64,000 bases of DNA from Myxococcota bacterium (GCA_039028615.1 JBCCHT010000031.1:89425-153424); one strand, 5' to 3'; shown: positions 12,199 through 22,540, numbered from the stretch's first letter. Made by a program: numbers and translations. The notes: generated by a model not told the origin, from the letters alone.

Positions 12199-13139
12199 GA
12201 GAGCATCCTCGACATGCCGGGCACGCCCGAGGGCAGCGCGGGCAGAGGAGCGGGGAGGCCGAGCTCGGGCGGCAGTCCCAGCCAGAGGTTCAGGTTGTGC
12301 ACGGCCTGTGAAGCGGCGCCTCGCATGAGGTTGTCGATCGCACTGAACACGGGCACGAGGCCGCTGCGGCTCTTTGGACCCACGGCGAGCAGGGCTTGGT
12401 GGCTGCCCACCACGTGGCGGATGCCGAGGCCCGCTCCGGGCTCGGGCAGGACGCTGACCCACGGGTGCGTCTCGTAGAACGCTCGCAGCCCGTCGACGAG
12501 GCGGCTCGGCTCGACCAAGGGGCGGACGAAGGCGGTGACCAGCATGCCGCGAGCGAGCGGCAGCAGCTGGGTGACGAAGCTGATGGGCGCGCCGAGGTAG
12601 CGCTCGATCTCGGGGATGTGGCGGTGCTCGCCGACCTTGTACGGGAAGGTGTTGCCCTCGAGCTCGCAGAAGTGCAGGTGGGGCGCGACGCCCTTGCCCG
12701 CACCCGAGGCTCCGCTGGCCCCGACCACCGCGATGTTCTCCTCGGCGATGAGGCCGGCCTGCAGAAGAGGTCGCAACACCAACAAGGTGGCGGTCGGGTA
12801 ACAACCCGGGTTGGCGACGAGCGAAGTCTCTGCCGAGGGCGCACCGCGGAGCTCGGGCAGGCCGTAGTGGGCGTCGTCCTGCCGACGGTGGGCGTCGGAG
12901 AGATCGAGGACTCGGAGCCCGCGCTGGAGCAGTGCGGGAGTCCAGGTGCGGGCGGCCTCCGAGGGCGTCGCGAGTGCGACCACATCGCACTGCGCACACG
13001 CCGCGAGAGCCTCGTCATCGGGGGCGCGCGCGTCGATCACCTGCACATCGATGCATGGATGATGCATCAAAAGTGCATGGAGAACTTGGCCCGCGTAGCC
13101 TCTCGATCCGATCAGGGCGACGTTGGTTGCCGTTGGCAT
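12195..13139 (-). CDS. argC: N-acetyl-gamma-glutamyl-phosphate reductase
   Basis: VALIGSRGYAG, DLSDAHR, YGLPEL, ANPGCYPT, SGASGAG, HRHIPEI and IDNLMRGAASQA. Confidence 0.95.
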   Translation of the reverse strand: MPTATNVALIGSRGYAGQVLHALLMHHPCIDVQVIDARAPDDEALAACAQCDVVALATPSEAARTWTPALLQRGLRVLDLSDAHRRQDDAHYGLPELRGAPSAETSLVANPGCYPTATLLVLRPLLQAGLIAEENIAVVGASGASGAGKGVAPHLHFCELEGNTFPYKVGEHRHIPEIERYLGAPISFVTQLLPLARGMLVTAFVRPLVEPSRLVDGLRAFYETHPWVSVLPEPGAGLGIRHVVGSHQALLAVGPKSRSGLVPVFSAIDNLMRGAASQAVHNLNLWLGLPPELGLPAPLPALPSGVPGMSRMLS

Positions 13140-13206
13140 AACCAAATCGATAACTTTGGTCGCCAGGAGGCGCAAGCGAATTCGTGTGACAATCGTGGGT
13201 TAGAAC

Positions 13207-13237
13207 TGCATTTATGCAGCATGGCTGCATAGTATGT
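13207..13237. promoter_or_regulatory. Tandem ARG-box-like ArgR operators upstream of argC
   Basis: AT-rich palindrome TGCATTTATGCA (13207-13218) and TGCATAGTATGT (13226-13237), ~70-100 bp upstream of the argCJR start. Confidence 0.65.
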
Positions 13238-13297
13238 TGGTGCTGCGCCGGGGTTGGTGCATCATCGCGCCCGCCGTGAAGAATCGAAGCCTGGCTC

Positions 13298-13326
13298 TTG
13301 ACAGCTCCCGACGACGCGGGCAGAGT
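13298..13326 (+). promoter_or_regulatory. Sigma70-type promoter of tRNA-Gly
   Basis: TTGACA (13298-13303), 17-bp spacer, CAGAGT (13321-13326), 15 bp before the tRNA. Confidence 0.65.
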
Positions 13327-13341
13327 CCGCAACCCCAACGC

Positions 13342-13417
<76 letters not shown>

Positions 13418-13431
13418 TAGAACGCTTCGTT

Positions 13432-13460
13432 CGCCCCGACCGGAAACCCGGCGGGGCGTT
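13432..13460 (+). terminator. GC-rich hairpin after tRNA-Gly
   Basis: CGCCCCG-A-CCGG / CCGG-CGGGGCG stem; weak U tract. Confidence 0.5.
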
Positions 13461-14889
13461 GTCGCGTCGGGGCATCGGGACCTGGGCTCTGGTGGCGTCC
13501 TTGCTGGCGGTCACGAGCCTGGCTCCGGCCTGTCGTACCGAGACGGAGAAGGAGGCTCACCCCCGGGTCAAGCTCGAGGGAGATCGCCACCAGGTCGAGC
13601 TGTTCGACGACGACCAGGCGCTCGGCAGCGACAACCCGCTGGTGACGATCGTCCTGTTCTCCGACTACGCCTGCCCGCCCTGCAGCCGCACGTGGCAGGT
13701 GATGGACAACCTGGTCGAGGACTACGGCGCCGATCTCCGCGTGGTGTTCCGCTCGTACACGGTGCAGGCCTTGCCCGGCAGCGAGCGGGCGGCCGAGGCC
13801 GCGTTCGCTGCGGGCGCGCAGGGCAAGTTCTGGGAGATGCACCGTCGACTCTCGGCCCAGGGCTCCGACTTCGAGCGGCCGACCCTGCGAGCGCACGCCG
13901 AGGCGCTGTCGCTCGACGTCGACCGGTTCATGGACGATCTCGACACGGGGGCGCACTCGGGGCCGCGCATTCGCCATCGGCGGCAGGCCAAGTCGCTCGG
14001 CGTCGTGGGCTTGCCCGCCATGTTCATAAACGGGAAGTACCTCGCGGGCTTCCAGGACGAGCCGACCTGGCACGGGATCATCGACCAGCAGATCGCCGAG
14101 GCCCGCACGGTGCTCGAGCAGGGCACGCCGCGGGCCGGGCTCTACGACAAGCTCATGGAGGGGGCGACCACGCGACGCGTGGGGGGTGCCCCGGGTGAGC
14201 AGGAGCTGCGCGAGAAGCTGGCCGGGCAGGCCGCGTCCGTGGTCGATCCTCGCCGCCTCGTCGCGCCCGACGGCAGCCGTCGCTACGCGATCCGAGTGGG
14301 GGACGCCCCCGCCACCGGAGACGCCACCGCGCCCGTCGAGCTGGTCATGTTCTTCGATTTCCGCTGCCCCTACTGCCGGCGGGCGTGGAAGCAGGAGATC
14401 GGGGTCTTGGTCCGTAGCCAGCCCCAGGGCGTGCGCCTGGCCATTCGCCAGCTGCCCCTGGAGATCCATCCCACCGCGACCGGAGCGGCCCAGGCCGTGC
14501 TCGCGGCGGGTCGGCAGTCGCGCTTTTGGGGGATGTTCGATCGCCTGGTCGAGCACGACGGCACGCTCGGGCGCAGCAACTTCGTCGACTACGCCAAGGA
14601 GCTGGGGCTCGACGAGGCTCGCTTCCTCGCCGACCTGTCCGACCCCGCGATCGCCAAGCAAGTCGAGGCCGACCTCGATCTGGCGAACAAGGTCGGCGTC
14701 ACCGGGACGCCCGGCTTCTTCGTCAACGGCCGCTACGTCAACGGCTTCACGCCCGGGGTGGTCACCGCGATGGTCGAAGAGGAGCAGGTCGCGGCCCAGA
14801 CCCTCATCGACGCTGGGACGCCGCCCGACAAGGTCGTGGACGAGCTGATGAAAGACGCCGTGCCCGCCTCGGAGTTTCCGAACCGATGA
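13459..14889 (+). CDS. DsbA-family lipoprotein with two thioredoxin domains
   Basis: Lipobox LAPAC; SDYACPPC...GLPAMFING and FDFRCPYC...GTPGFFVNG. Start placed at TTG 13459 because the track's longer ORF overlaps the tRNA. Confidence 0.88.
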   Translation: MSRRGIGTWALVASLLAVTSLAPACRTETEKEAHPRVKLEGDRHQVELFDDDQALGSDNPLVTIVLFSDYACPPCSRTWQVMDNLVEDYGADLRVVFRSYTVQALPGSERAAEAAFAAGAQGKFWEMHRRLSAQGSDFERPTLRAHAEALSLDVDRFMDDLDTGAHSGPRIRHRRQAKSLGVVGLPAMFINGKYLAGFQDEPTWHGIIDQQIAEARTVLEQGTPRAGLYDKLMEGATTRRVGGAPGEQELREKLAGQAASVVDPRRLVAPDGSRRYAIRVGDAPATGDATAPVELVMFFDFRCPYCRRAWKQEIGVLVRSQPQGVRLAIRQLPLEIHPTATGAAQAVLAAGRQSRFWGMFDRLVEHDGTLGRSNFVDYAKELGLDEARFLADLSDPAIAKQVEADLDLANKVGVTGTPGFFVNGRYVNGFTPGVVTAMVEEEQVAAQTLIDAGTPPDKVVDELMKDAVPASEFPNR

Positions 14890-15695
14890 AGCGCCGCGCG
14901 TTTGCTGTCGGTTCCGTGCGAGGCGGTCTCGCGCTTGCGTTGCTCGGCGGCGTCGGTTTCCAAGCCGGGTGTCGTCGCAGCGAGCCCTCGGCCGCCGACG
15001 AGACCTTCGAGCCGCTGCCCGGGGTCGACGACGTCGACGGCACGCTCACCCGCATGATCGGGGCCGAGCGCTGGCCCGCCACCTACGGCGAGGGAGCGCC
15101 CATCAAGGGCGCCAAGCAGCCGCTGGTCACCATCATCGAGTACTCCGATTTCGAGTGCCCGTTCTGTAGCGGCTTCGCGGCGACGCTCGACGAGCTGGTC
15201 ACCGCCTACCCCGACGACGTGCGCATCGTGTTCCAGCAGTTTCCGCTGCCGATGCACCCGGGGGCCGAGCCCGCCGCCCGAGCCGCGATCGCGGCCCAGG
15301 CCCAACGTCGCTTCTGGGCGATGCACGACCGGCTCTTCCGCGAGCGCCACCCCGACACCGATGCGCTCGTGAGTGCCGCCGATGACCTGGGTCTCGACAC
15401 CAAAGCCTTCCAGGCGGCTCTCGAAGATCCGGCGACGGCCAAGCGCGTCGCGGACGAGCAGGCCAAGGGGCGATCGATCGGCGTGCGCTCGACGCCCAAC
15501 TTCTTCCTCAACGGTCGGCTGGTGAAGGGGGCCCTGCCGCCCGAGCGCCTGAGCAAGCTCATCGAGAGCGAGCGGAAGATCGCGCAGCAGCTGGTCGACG
15601 CCGGTTCCGATCGGCGCGAGGTCTACGCCCGCTTCATGCGGGCCGCGCTCGACCAGCACCCCAAGGCCCGCGCCAAGACTCCGGCGAAGCCCTAA
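14886..15695 (+). CDS. DsbA-family lipoprotein (single domain)
   Basis: ATGA overlap with the previous gene; lipobox QAGC; SDFECPFC; FPLPMH; STPNFFLNG. Confidence 0.9.
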   Translation: MKRRAFAVGSVRGGLALALLGGVGFQAGCRRSEPSAADETFEPLPGVDDVDGTLTRMIGAERWPATYGEGAPIKGAKQPLVTIIEYSDFECPFCSGFAATLDELVTAYPDDVRIVFQQFPLPMHPGAEPAARAAIAAQAQRRFWAMHDRLFRERHPDTDALVSAADDLGLDTKAFQAALEDPATAKRVADEQAKGRSIGVRSTPNFFLNGRLVKGALPPERLSKLIESERKIAQQLVDAGSDRREVYARFMRAALDQHPKARAKTPAKP

Positions 15696-15821
15696 TCCGG
15701 CGATCTCGGCCCTTCAGGCGGCCGCAGGTGCCACGGGAGCGGGCCGGGGGCCACGGGGGTCCATAGGCTCTAGGGGCGTCGTGCGGCGAACAACCCGCCC
15801 TGCTACATTCCGCGGGCTGCC

Positions 15822-17285
15822 ATGGCGGACCGTGAAGACCAAGAGCCCGAGACGAGTGACCGTGCCTCCGACGACGAGGGGCGCGAGGACACCGAGGCGG
15901 CTGAAGGCGAGGGCACCGAGGCCAGCAAGGCGGAGGCCAAGGCCGAGGACAAGCCGCGCTTCGGCTCTGCGGTGGGCATCCTCGGGTTCCTGCTCGCGCT
16001 CGCGGGCGGCTTCTGGATCGGTCAGGCGATCCAGAACCAGGACGTCGACTGGGCCGGCTATGACGACCACGGTCGGTATCGCGTCGACCTGCGCGGCGAC
16101 GAGCCGCAGTTCGGCCCCGACGACGCGCTGGTCACCATCATCGAGTTCTCCGACTACCAGTGCCCGTTCTGCCAGAAGGCGAACACACCGCTGATGGAGG
16201 TGCTCGAGGACAACGACGACGTTCGGCTGATCTTCAAGCACCACCCCCTGCCCATGCACGCGCAGGCCATTCCCGCCGCGCGGGCGGCCTGGGCCGCGCA
16301 CCAGCAGGGCAAGTTCTGGCCGATGCACGAGCACCTGTTCAAGGTCAACGGCAAGGTCGACGACATCGATCAGGTCGCCGAGCGCATGGGCCTCGACGTC
16401 GACCGCTTCAAGCGCGACATGCTGAGCGAAGCGGCCAGCGAAGCGCTCGAGAGCGATCGCTACGCCGCATCGGTGCTGGGCATCGGCTCCACGCCGCACT
16501 TCGTGATCAACGGCCGCCACGTTCGCGGCGCGCTGGCCGAGTCGCACTGGGAGCGGGTCATCGAGCTCGAGCGCAGCGAGGCCCAGGTCATCGTCGATGG
16601 TGGTGTCGCGCCAGCGGGGGTCTACGACGCGCTCATGGCCAAGGCCAAGAAGAAGCGCGCCAAGCCGGCCACCCGCGGCCCGGACCCCGCCAAGCGCCAC
16701 GTGGTGCCCGTGGGCGAGGGGCGCCCCAGCCTCGGCCCCGCCGACGCGCTGGTCACCGTCATCGAATTCTCGGACTTCCAGTGCCCGTTCTGCTCCCGGG
16801 TCGCGCCGACCATCCACGACCTGCCGGGCCGTCACGACGACGTCCGGGTGGTCTTCCGCCAGCTGCCGCTGCCCAATCACGCCGAGGCACGACCGGCCGC
16901 CATCGCAGCGCTGGCCGCCCATCGCCAGGGCAAGTTCTGGGAGATGCACGACGCCCTGTTCGCGGCCGAGGGCAAGATCGACGAAGACGCGCGTGAGGAC
17001 ATGGCCGAGTCGATCGGCCTGGACATGGACCGGTTCCGCGCCGACCTCAACGACTCCGCCTTGGCCGCCATGGTCGACGAAGACGCCGCGCTGGCCAAGG
17101 AGCTGAAGGTCTCTGGCACGCCCTCGTCCTTCGTCAACGGCCGTTTCCTCAGCGGGGCGCAGCCGGCCGAGCGCTTCGACACCCTCATCCAGCAGGAGCG
17201 CGAGGTCGCCCAGCAGCTCGTCTCCGAGGGGACCGCACCCGCGGCGGTGCTCGACACCTTGAACCAGCAGGCCCAGGGGAGCTGA
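15822..17285 (+). CDS. Membrane-anchored DsbA-family protein with two thioredoxin domains
   Basis: Acidic N-terminus, one TM, SDYQCPFC and SDFQCPFC, with STPHFVING and GTPSSFVNG cis-Pro loops. Confidence 0.92.
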   Translation: MADREDQEPETSDRASDDEGREDTEAAEGEGTEASKAEAKAEDKPRFGSAVGILGFLLALAGGFWIGQAIQNQDVDWAGYDDHGRYRVDLRGDEPQFGPDDALVTIIEFSDYQCPFCQKANTPLMEVLEDNDDVRLIFKHHPLPMHAQAIPAARAAWAAHQQGKFWPMHEHLFKVNGKVDDIDQVAERMGLDVDRFKRDMLSEAASEALESDRYAASVLGIGSTPHFVINGRHVRGALAESHWERVIELERSEAQVIVDGGVAPAGVYDALMAKAKKKRAKPATRGPDPAKRHVVPVGEGRPSLGPADALVTVIEFSDFQCPFCSRVAPTIHDLPGRHDDVRVVFRQLPLPNHAEARPAAIAALAAHRQGKFWEMHDALFAAEGKIDEDAREDMAESIGLDMDRFRADLNDSALAAMVDEDAALAKELKVSGTPSSFVNGRFLSGAQPAERFDTLIQQEREVAQQLVSEGTAPAAVLDTLNQQAQGS

Positions 17286-17289
17286 GCGC

Positions 17290-18177
17290 ATGTCCGCACC
17301 CAAGACCGAGTCTTCTCCTCGCCGCCTCGACCTGCTCGGTCGCGTGGCCATTGCCGCCTACGTCGCGGTCGGCGGGTTCTTCGTCTGGGGCTTTGGTGGG
17401 TCGCTGTCCTCGGCCATCGAGACGCAGAACGACACCCCGTGTCGCTCGCTCGCGCCTCGGCACGCTCGGGTGCAGGGGACGGTGCTCGATGCCGCGGGCG
17501 AGCCGGTGGCGGGCGCCGAGATCGTGCCCGTGACCGCGGGTCGGACCGGCACGCCGATCAAGACGCTGCCCGACGGCGGCTTCTCCCTGTTCCTGCCCAA
17601 GCGCTCGCAATCGATCATCGCTCGGGCCCCAGGCAAGCTGCAGGCCGACGCCGAGCTCGTGATCGAGCCGGGCGAGGTCATCGAGGTCGAGTTTCGGCTG
17701 GCCGACGAAGGGGGCGAGAGCACCTTCAAGGAGCTGTCGCGGGCGAGCTTCGAGGTGCCCGATTTCGTCGCCAAGGATCTCCAAGGCAACGAGGTTCGGC
17801 TCTCCGACTACCGGGGCAAGACGGTGGTGCTCAACTTCTGGGCCACCTGGTGCGAGCCCTGCATCACCGAGTGGCCGCAGCTCCACCAGCTCGCCCAACG
17901 CCTCCAAGGGCGCGACGACGTGGTCGTGCTGGCGGTGAGCGTCGAAGAGGACCCGGAGCCCATCAAGCCCTTCCTCGAGCGGATGTCGCTCGCCGAGTCG
18001 CCCGTGGGGGTGCTGTGGGACCCCACCTCCAAGGTGCATGTGGGTCTGGGTAGCGACAAGATTCCCGACACCTATCTCGTCGACGAGCAGGGCCGCGTGA
18101 GTGCGGTGTTCGTGAACGTCCGCGAGTGGGGATCGCCCGACGCCTATCACTGCGTCGAGTCGTCGATCGGGCGCTGA
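17290..18177 (+). CDS. TlpA/ResA-like thiol-disulfide oxidoreductase with N-terminal TM and carboxypeptidase-regulatory-like domain
   Basis: GTVLDAAGEPVAGAEI beta-sandwich; LSDYRGKTVVLNFWATWCEPC; IPDTYLVD. Confidence 0.9.
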   Translation: MSAPKTESSPRRLDLLGRVAIAAYVAVGGFFVWGFGGSLSSAIETQNDTPCRSLAPRHARVQGTVLDAAGEPVAGAEIVPVTAGRTGTPIKTLPDGGFSLFLPKRSQSIIARAPGKLQADAELVIEPGEVIEVEFRLADEGGESTFKELSRASFEVPDFVAKDLQGNEVRLSDYRGKTVVLNFWATWCEPCITEWPQLHQLAQRLQGRDDVVVLAVSVEEDPEPIKPFLERMSLAESPVGVLWDPTSKVHVGLGSDKIPDTYLVDEQGRVSAVFVNVREWGSPDAYHCVESSIGR

Positions 18178-18447
18178 ATCGTCCCGGCGGGGGCACTCAT
18201 CCCTCGATCGGGAGCAACCATCCCTGGCGAGGGATGGTTCGCCGTTTCGGTGGGGTCGGCGCGCGTAAGCCCGGCCCAAAGTCGGGCGTTGCCTGGACAA
18301 CAACCGTATCCAAACCCGCCGTCGCCTCCGGGCCGGCTCGCGACTTTGATTCTCGCCTGGCGTCCGCGCATCCCCGTGGTCCCGTGCCACGGCGAGTGAT
18401 GAAGCCGCGAGCCGTTCCCGGGGTCGACGTTGCCGGAAGGCTGCACC

Positions 18448-21400
18448 GTGTCCCGCGTTCGTTCCTCATCGTCTTTCCGTCGTCTGGCCATCCTTCGTGC
18501 GCTCGGTCTTCTGGTGCCCCTGGCCTTGCCCTCGCTCGCCCAAGCGGCGGGCGGAGGCATCTCCGGGGTGGTGCGCAACTCCGAGACCAAAAAGCACGTC
18601 AAGGACGCGCTGGTCATCATTCAGTGCACCTGCCTGGCCGAGCCGCGCGAGCTCACCACCAACGCCAACGGCCTGTACGCGTTCCGAAACTTGCCCGCGG
18701 GCTCCTATACGGTTCAGGTCTTCGCCGGGCAGTCCAACGTCACCAAGTACATCGAGCTCGACCGCAACGAGCAGCTCCGCGCGGGCTTTACCGTCGATCC
18801 CGACAAGGCGGAGGTGCGCGACGTCGTGGTGCATCGACCGGTGCGTGGCGACACCACCTCGGCCACGAGCATCTCGGGGCGTGACCTGGGCAAGCTGCCG
18901 GTCGGCAACGACGTGTCTCGCGATGCGCTCTCGGCCGTCGTGCAGATGGCTCCCACGGGGGGCAAGGACGCGGCCGGCCCGACCATCGCGGGCTCTTCGG
19001 GGGCCGAGGTCTCCTACGAACTCAACGGCATGTCGCTCAACGGGCCCTCCACGGGCACGGTGGCGATGCCGCTGCTCACCGACTTCGTCGAGCGCATCGA
19101 GGTGCAGGAGGCCAACTTCTCCGCCGAGCGCGGCGGATTCTCGGGCGGTCGGGTCAGCGCGCGGCGGATCTCGGGCAGCAACAAGCTGCGGGGTAGCGCT
19201 CGCTTCACGTTCACGCCGCGGATCGGCCAGCCGCGGCTGATCGTGGCCACCGACAACGCGATCCGAGCCACCGAGACGCCCGACTACCAGATGGAGGGCG
19301 CGGTCTCGATGCGCGGCCCGATCGTCAAGGATCGCTTGTTCTGGTTCGTGGGCTTCGGCGCGACCGGCTCGCGCTCGACCCTGCTGCAGTCGTTTCACCA
19401 CCGCGTCGACAAGGACGGCTCGGGCGGCTACGAGGCGTGCCCCTACGAGAACGGAGCGCTCGACTGTGCCGAGGGCGGGGACTACATCGCGACCCGCAAG
19501 TTCGGTGACAAGGCCTTTCCCACCCGGCGGGTTCGTGGCCAGGGCGCCTTGGGCATCGACTGGGCCATCAACCCCAAGCACCGCATCGGGCTGACCGCGA
19601 CCGGCACGCCCACGTTCCTGCGGCGATCGTATCGACGACCCGCGGGCGGCAACCTCGATCCCGACGTGTTCGGGGCCAACCCCAACGCCGATCCGCTCGG
19701 CGGCGCTTCCACGGTGGCCAACGGGGTGGTCGACGGTGCCTTCGGGTGGGACCGCGCCGTCTCGGGCCAGGCCGGCCTCGAGTACAACGGCCGTGTCTTT
19801 CGCGACACGGTCGAGATCGATGCCAACCTCGGCCACCTCCAGAGTGCCTTCGACGAAGCGTGGCGCCTCGACGATCCTTCGCTCCGCAACAAGCCCGCGA
19901 CCGAGCAGCGGGACGCCCAGGGCGAGAGCCTGTTCAAGCTGCTCGACCGTGAAAACCGCCTCGACCTGGTCGATGGGGTGACCCAGGCCTGCAACGACGC
20001 CGACCTGCCCGGCCTGACCTGCCCGGTGAGGAGCTGGCGCTCGGGGGGCATCGGCCAGTATGCGCTCGATCGTTCGTCGAGCACCGTGGGTCGGGTCGCG
20101 CTGACGCACTTCTTCGAGGCGGCGGGGGCCCACCAGCTCAAGTGGGGCGGCCAGTTCGCGCACAACCAGCGGCGACGTCGGCTGCAGTTCTCCGGCGAGA
20201 ACAGTGCCGATTTCACCAACAACTGCGCCGAGGCGGGGCTCGAGGGCGGCGGTGAGTGGTGCTACGACCAGGGGGCAGACGCCTACGCCTTCCGGGTCAA
20301 CCGGGCCAACCGCGTGGACAACCACCGCATCATCTACGCGGACACCGACAACCCCAATCGCCGCATCACGCAGGGCTTCGGCCGGGTGCGGCACGAGCAG
20401 GACGACCTGCGGGCGATCGCCACCGGGCTGGGGCAGGGCGTGCGCGTGGACGCCTACGACGAGACGGTGTCGTCGCAGAACTACGCCGCCTTCCTGCACG
20501 ACCGCTGGGCGATCACCACCAACCTCTTCGTCGACGCCGGCCTGCGCTGGGAGGCCCAGGACATGCGCGACGTTCGAGGGCGGCGTGCGTTCTTCATCAA
20601 GGACAACGTCTCGCCGCGGGCGGGCATGGTCTACGACTGGACCGAGGAGGGGCGCTCGCGGCTCTACACGGGCTACGGCATGTTCTTCCAGCAGATGCCG
20701 CTCGCCCTGCTCAACCGGGTCTACGGCGGCATGGTCGAGGTCGTCCGCAACTACGACAACAGCATCTGCGACGGCAACTCGGTCGCCACCATCAACGGTG
20801 ACCAGCCGATGACCCGCGACCAGCAGCCCACCGAGTGGTGCCGCGACACGGCGATGTTCACCTCGGGGCTGCAGGCCGGAGCCACCGTGCCCCAGGTGCG
20901 CGGTCAGTTCGACCACGTGTGGCAGATCGGCTACGAGCAGGAGGTCATCGAGGACCTCACGCTCGGCGTGCGTTGGCTGCACCGCAGCCTCGGCCGCGCG
21001 GTCGAGGACGTGAGCACCGACGGCGGCAACAACTACTTGATCGCCAACCCGGGGGAGGCGGTCTCGCCCGAGGACATCGCGCGCCAGGAGCAGAGCTGCC
21101 GCGAGCTCGATGCCCAGGTCGCAGCCCTGACCGCCGACGACCCGCGCGAGGGCGACCTGCTGCGTGACCTCCAGCGCTGCGAGTTCCTGGCGGATGCTTA
21201 CGCGCGAGTGGGCGAGCTGTACGACCGCCCCGTTCGCAACTACGACGCGTTCAGCTTCACCCTGAACAAGCGCATCGCCAACAACTGGCTGCTCAACGGC
21301 AGCTACACCTACTCTCGCCAGGTCGGCAACTACGACGGCTTCGTCGACCCGGTCAGCGGGGCGATCAACGTGGGCGGGTCGCTGCAGTTCAACACCCCCG

Positions 21401-21942
21401 AGCTCGTGCGCAACAGCTTTGGTCCGCTGTCCTACGACTCGCCGCACCGGGTCAACCTCGACGGCTACTACACCGCCGACCTCGGCGACGCGGGGCAGCT
21501 GGTGCTGGGTGGCAGCCTGCGGGTGCGCTCGGGCTATCCCATCTCGATGCGCGGCGGCAGCAATCGCTTCGCGGGCTCGTTCCCGATCTACGTGCTGCCG
21601 CGTGGCTCGGGCGGGCGGGTCAAGCCCAACTACCAGCTCAACGCCAACGTGCAGTACGCCTATCCGCTGCCCGGTCGCATGGTCCTGACCGCGGGGGCCC
21701 GCCTCATCAACGTCACCAACGCCAAGGCCGTGCTGCGGGTCGACGAGATCTATACCTTCGACAACGCTCGGCCCATCGCGGGCGGTGACATGCGGGACCT
21801 CAAGCACGCCAAGGCGGTGTCGGCTCGTAACCCGAACGAGTTCTTCACCGGAGCGATCCTGCGCAAGCAGGGCAACTTCGGCACCGAGACTGCCTTCCAG
21901 ATCCCAATGTTCGCTCAGTTCGACATCGGCCTGCAGTTTTAG
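18448..21942 (+). CDS. Oar-like TonB-dependent outer-membrane receptor, Cys-rich (paralog 1)
   Basis: Signal peptide; carboxypeptidase-regulatory-like N-domain (GISGVVRN..TNANGLYAFRNLPAGSY); plug; GPIVKDRLFWF; barrel strands; C-terminal Phe. Start set at GTG 18448. Confidence 0.88.
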   Translation: MSRVRSSSSFRRLAILRALGLLVPLALPSLAQAAGGGISGVVRNSETKKHVKDALVIIQCTCLAEPRELTTNANGLYAFRNLPAGSYTVQVFAGQSNVTKYIELDRNEQLRAGFTVDPDKAEVRDVVVHRPVRGDTTSATSISGRDLGKLPVGNDVSRDALSAVVQMAPTGGKDAAGPTIAGSSGAEVSYELNGMSLNGPSTGTVAMPLLTDFVERIEVQEANFSAERGGFSGGRVSARRISGSNKLRGSARFTFTPRIGQPRLIVATDNAIRATETPDYQMEGAVSMRGPIVKDRLFWFVGFGATGSRSTLLQSFHHRVDKDGSGGYEACPYENGALDCAEGGDYIATRKFGDKAFPTRRVRGQGALGIDWAINPKHRIGLTATGTPTFLRRSYRRPAGGNLDPDVFGANPNADPLGGASTVANGVVDGAFGWDRAVSGQAGLEYNGRVFRDTVEIDANLGHLQSAFDEAWRLDDPSLRNKPATEQRDAQGESLFKLLDRENRLDLVDGVTQACNDADLPGLTCPVRSWRSGGIGQYALDRSSSTVGRVALTHFFEAAGAHQLKWGGQFAHNQRRRRLQFSGENSADFTNNCAEAGLEGGGEWCYDQGADAYAFRVNRANRVDNHRIIYADTDNPNRRITQGFGRVRHEQDDLRAIATGLGQGVRVDAYDETVSSQNYAAFLHDRWAITTNLFVDAGLRWEAQDMRDVRGRRAFFIKDNVSPRAGMVYDWTEEGRSRLYTGYGMFFQQMPLALLNRVYGGMVEVVRNYDNSICDGNSVATINGDQPMTRDQQPTEWCRDTAMFTSGLQAGATVPQVRGQFDHVWQIGYEQEVIEDLTLGVRWLHRSLGRAVEDVSTDGGNNYLIANPGEAVSPEDIARQEQSCRELDAQVAALTADDPREGDLLRDLQRCEFLADAYARVGELYDRPVRNYDAFSFTLNKRIANNWLLNGSYTYSRQVGNYDGFVDPVSGAINVGGSLQFNTPELVRNSFGPLSYDSPHRVNLDGYYTADLGDAGQLVLGGSLRVRSGYPISMRGGSNRFAGSFPIYVLPRGSGGRVKPNYQLNANVQYAYPLPGRMVLTAGARLINVTNAKAVLRVDEIYTFDNARPIAGGDMRDLKHAKAVSARNPNEFFTGAILRKQGNFGTETAFQIPMFAQFDIGLQF

Positions 21943-22005
21943 CCCGCGCACCTCGGTGGACCCACGGTGCTCGGCGTCGATCCGCTCGGCCGAGCCCGTG
22001 GCCCT

Positions 22006-22410
22006 TCAGTCGGGGAGGGCGGTCTCTTGGATGAAGCGCCAGGTGCAGCCCTCGCCGGTCAGGGCCACCAGCGCGAGCGCGGCCCGTCGGTTCCGGGTGC
22101 TGGACTGGCGCGCGCCTGCTTGGACCTCGTGGTACGCGACCACGGCGTGGTCCGAGGCTTGGTGCACCACCTCGAGGTTCTCGATCGCCGCGACGAAGCC
22201 CGGGCTGCTGGCGAAGCGGTCGGCGATCGTGTCGAGAAACTCCGGACCGGTGAGTCGCGTGCCGCTCGGGTAGACCAGCCCCTGCAGCGGACGGCACGCG
22301 GCCTCGAGTCGAGCCCAGACCTCCGTGCGATCGCCCGACCCCGAAAACCACGCGGTGAGGTCGTCGTGGAACGCGTGCACGAAGGCGGCGACGGGCGGCA
22401 GCTCGGTCAT
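22006..22410 (-). CDS. Small NTF2/SnoaL-like (DUF4440-type) protein
   Basis: FHDDLTAWFSG..LVYPSG..VVAYHEVQ..RRAALAL..WRFIQET pattern; ATG 22410. Confidence 0.6.
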   Translation of the reverse strand: MTELPPVAAFVHAFHDDLTAWFSGSGDRTEVWARLEAACRPLQGLVYPSGTRLTGPEFLDTIADRFASSPGFVAAIENLEVVHQASDHAVVAYHEVQAGARQSSTRNRRAALALVALTGEGCTWRFIQETALPD

Positions 22411-22540
22411 GGCCCCAGGGTACGACGAAGAAGGGCGGTGGATCGTCGTCGGCGTCCGGGTTCGGCGAAGTTCAGCGAACACTTTGTTCGCTGACATGGT
22501 TGCGTGAGGCAGCGGGCAGGGTAGGTTGGGGCCCATCGAG

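Noticed and set aside
12199..12999. 910-aa ArgJ ORF suggesting a further N-terminal fusion
   Set aside because: The extension is an off-frame read-through of argC; ArgJ starts at 12198.
18466..21951. Very long antisense ORFs (also 32484-35285, 59686-61506, 22-2067 and others)
   Set aside because: Shadow ORFs typical of high-GC codon bias, opposite well-supported genes, with no motifs of their own.
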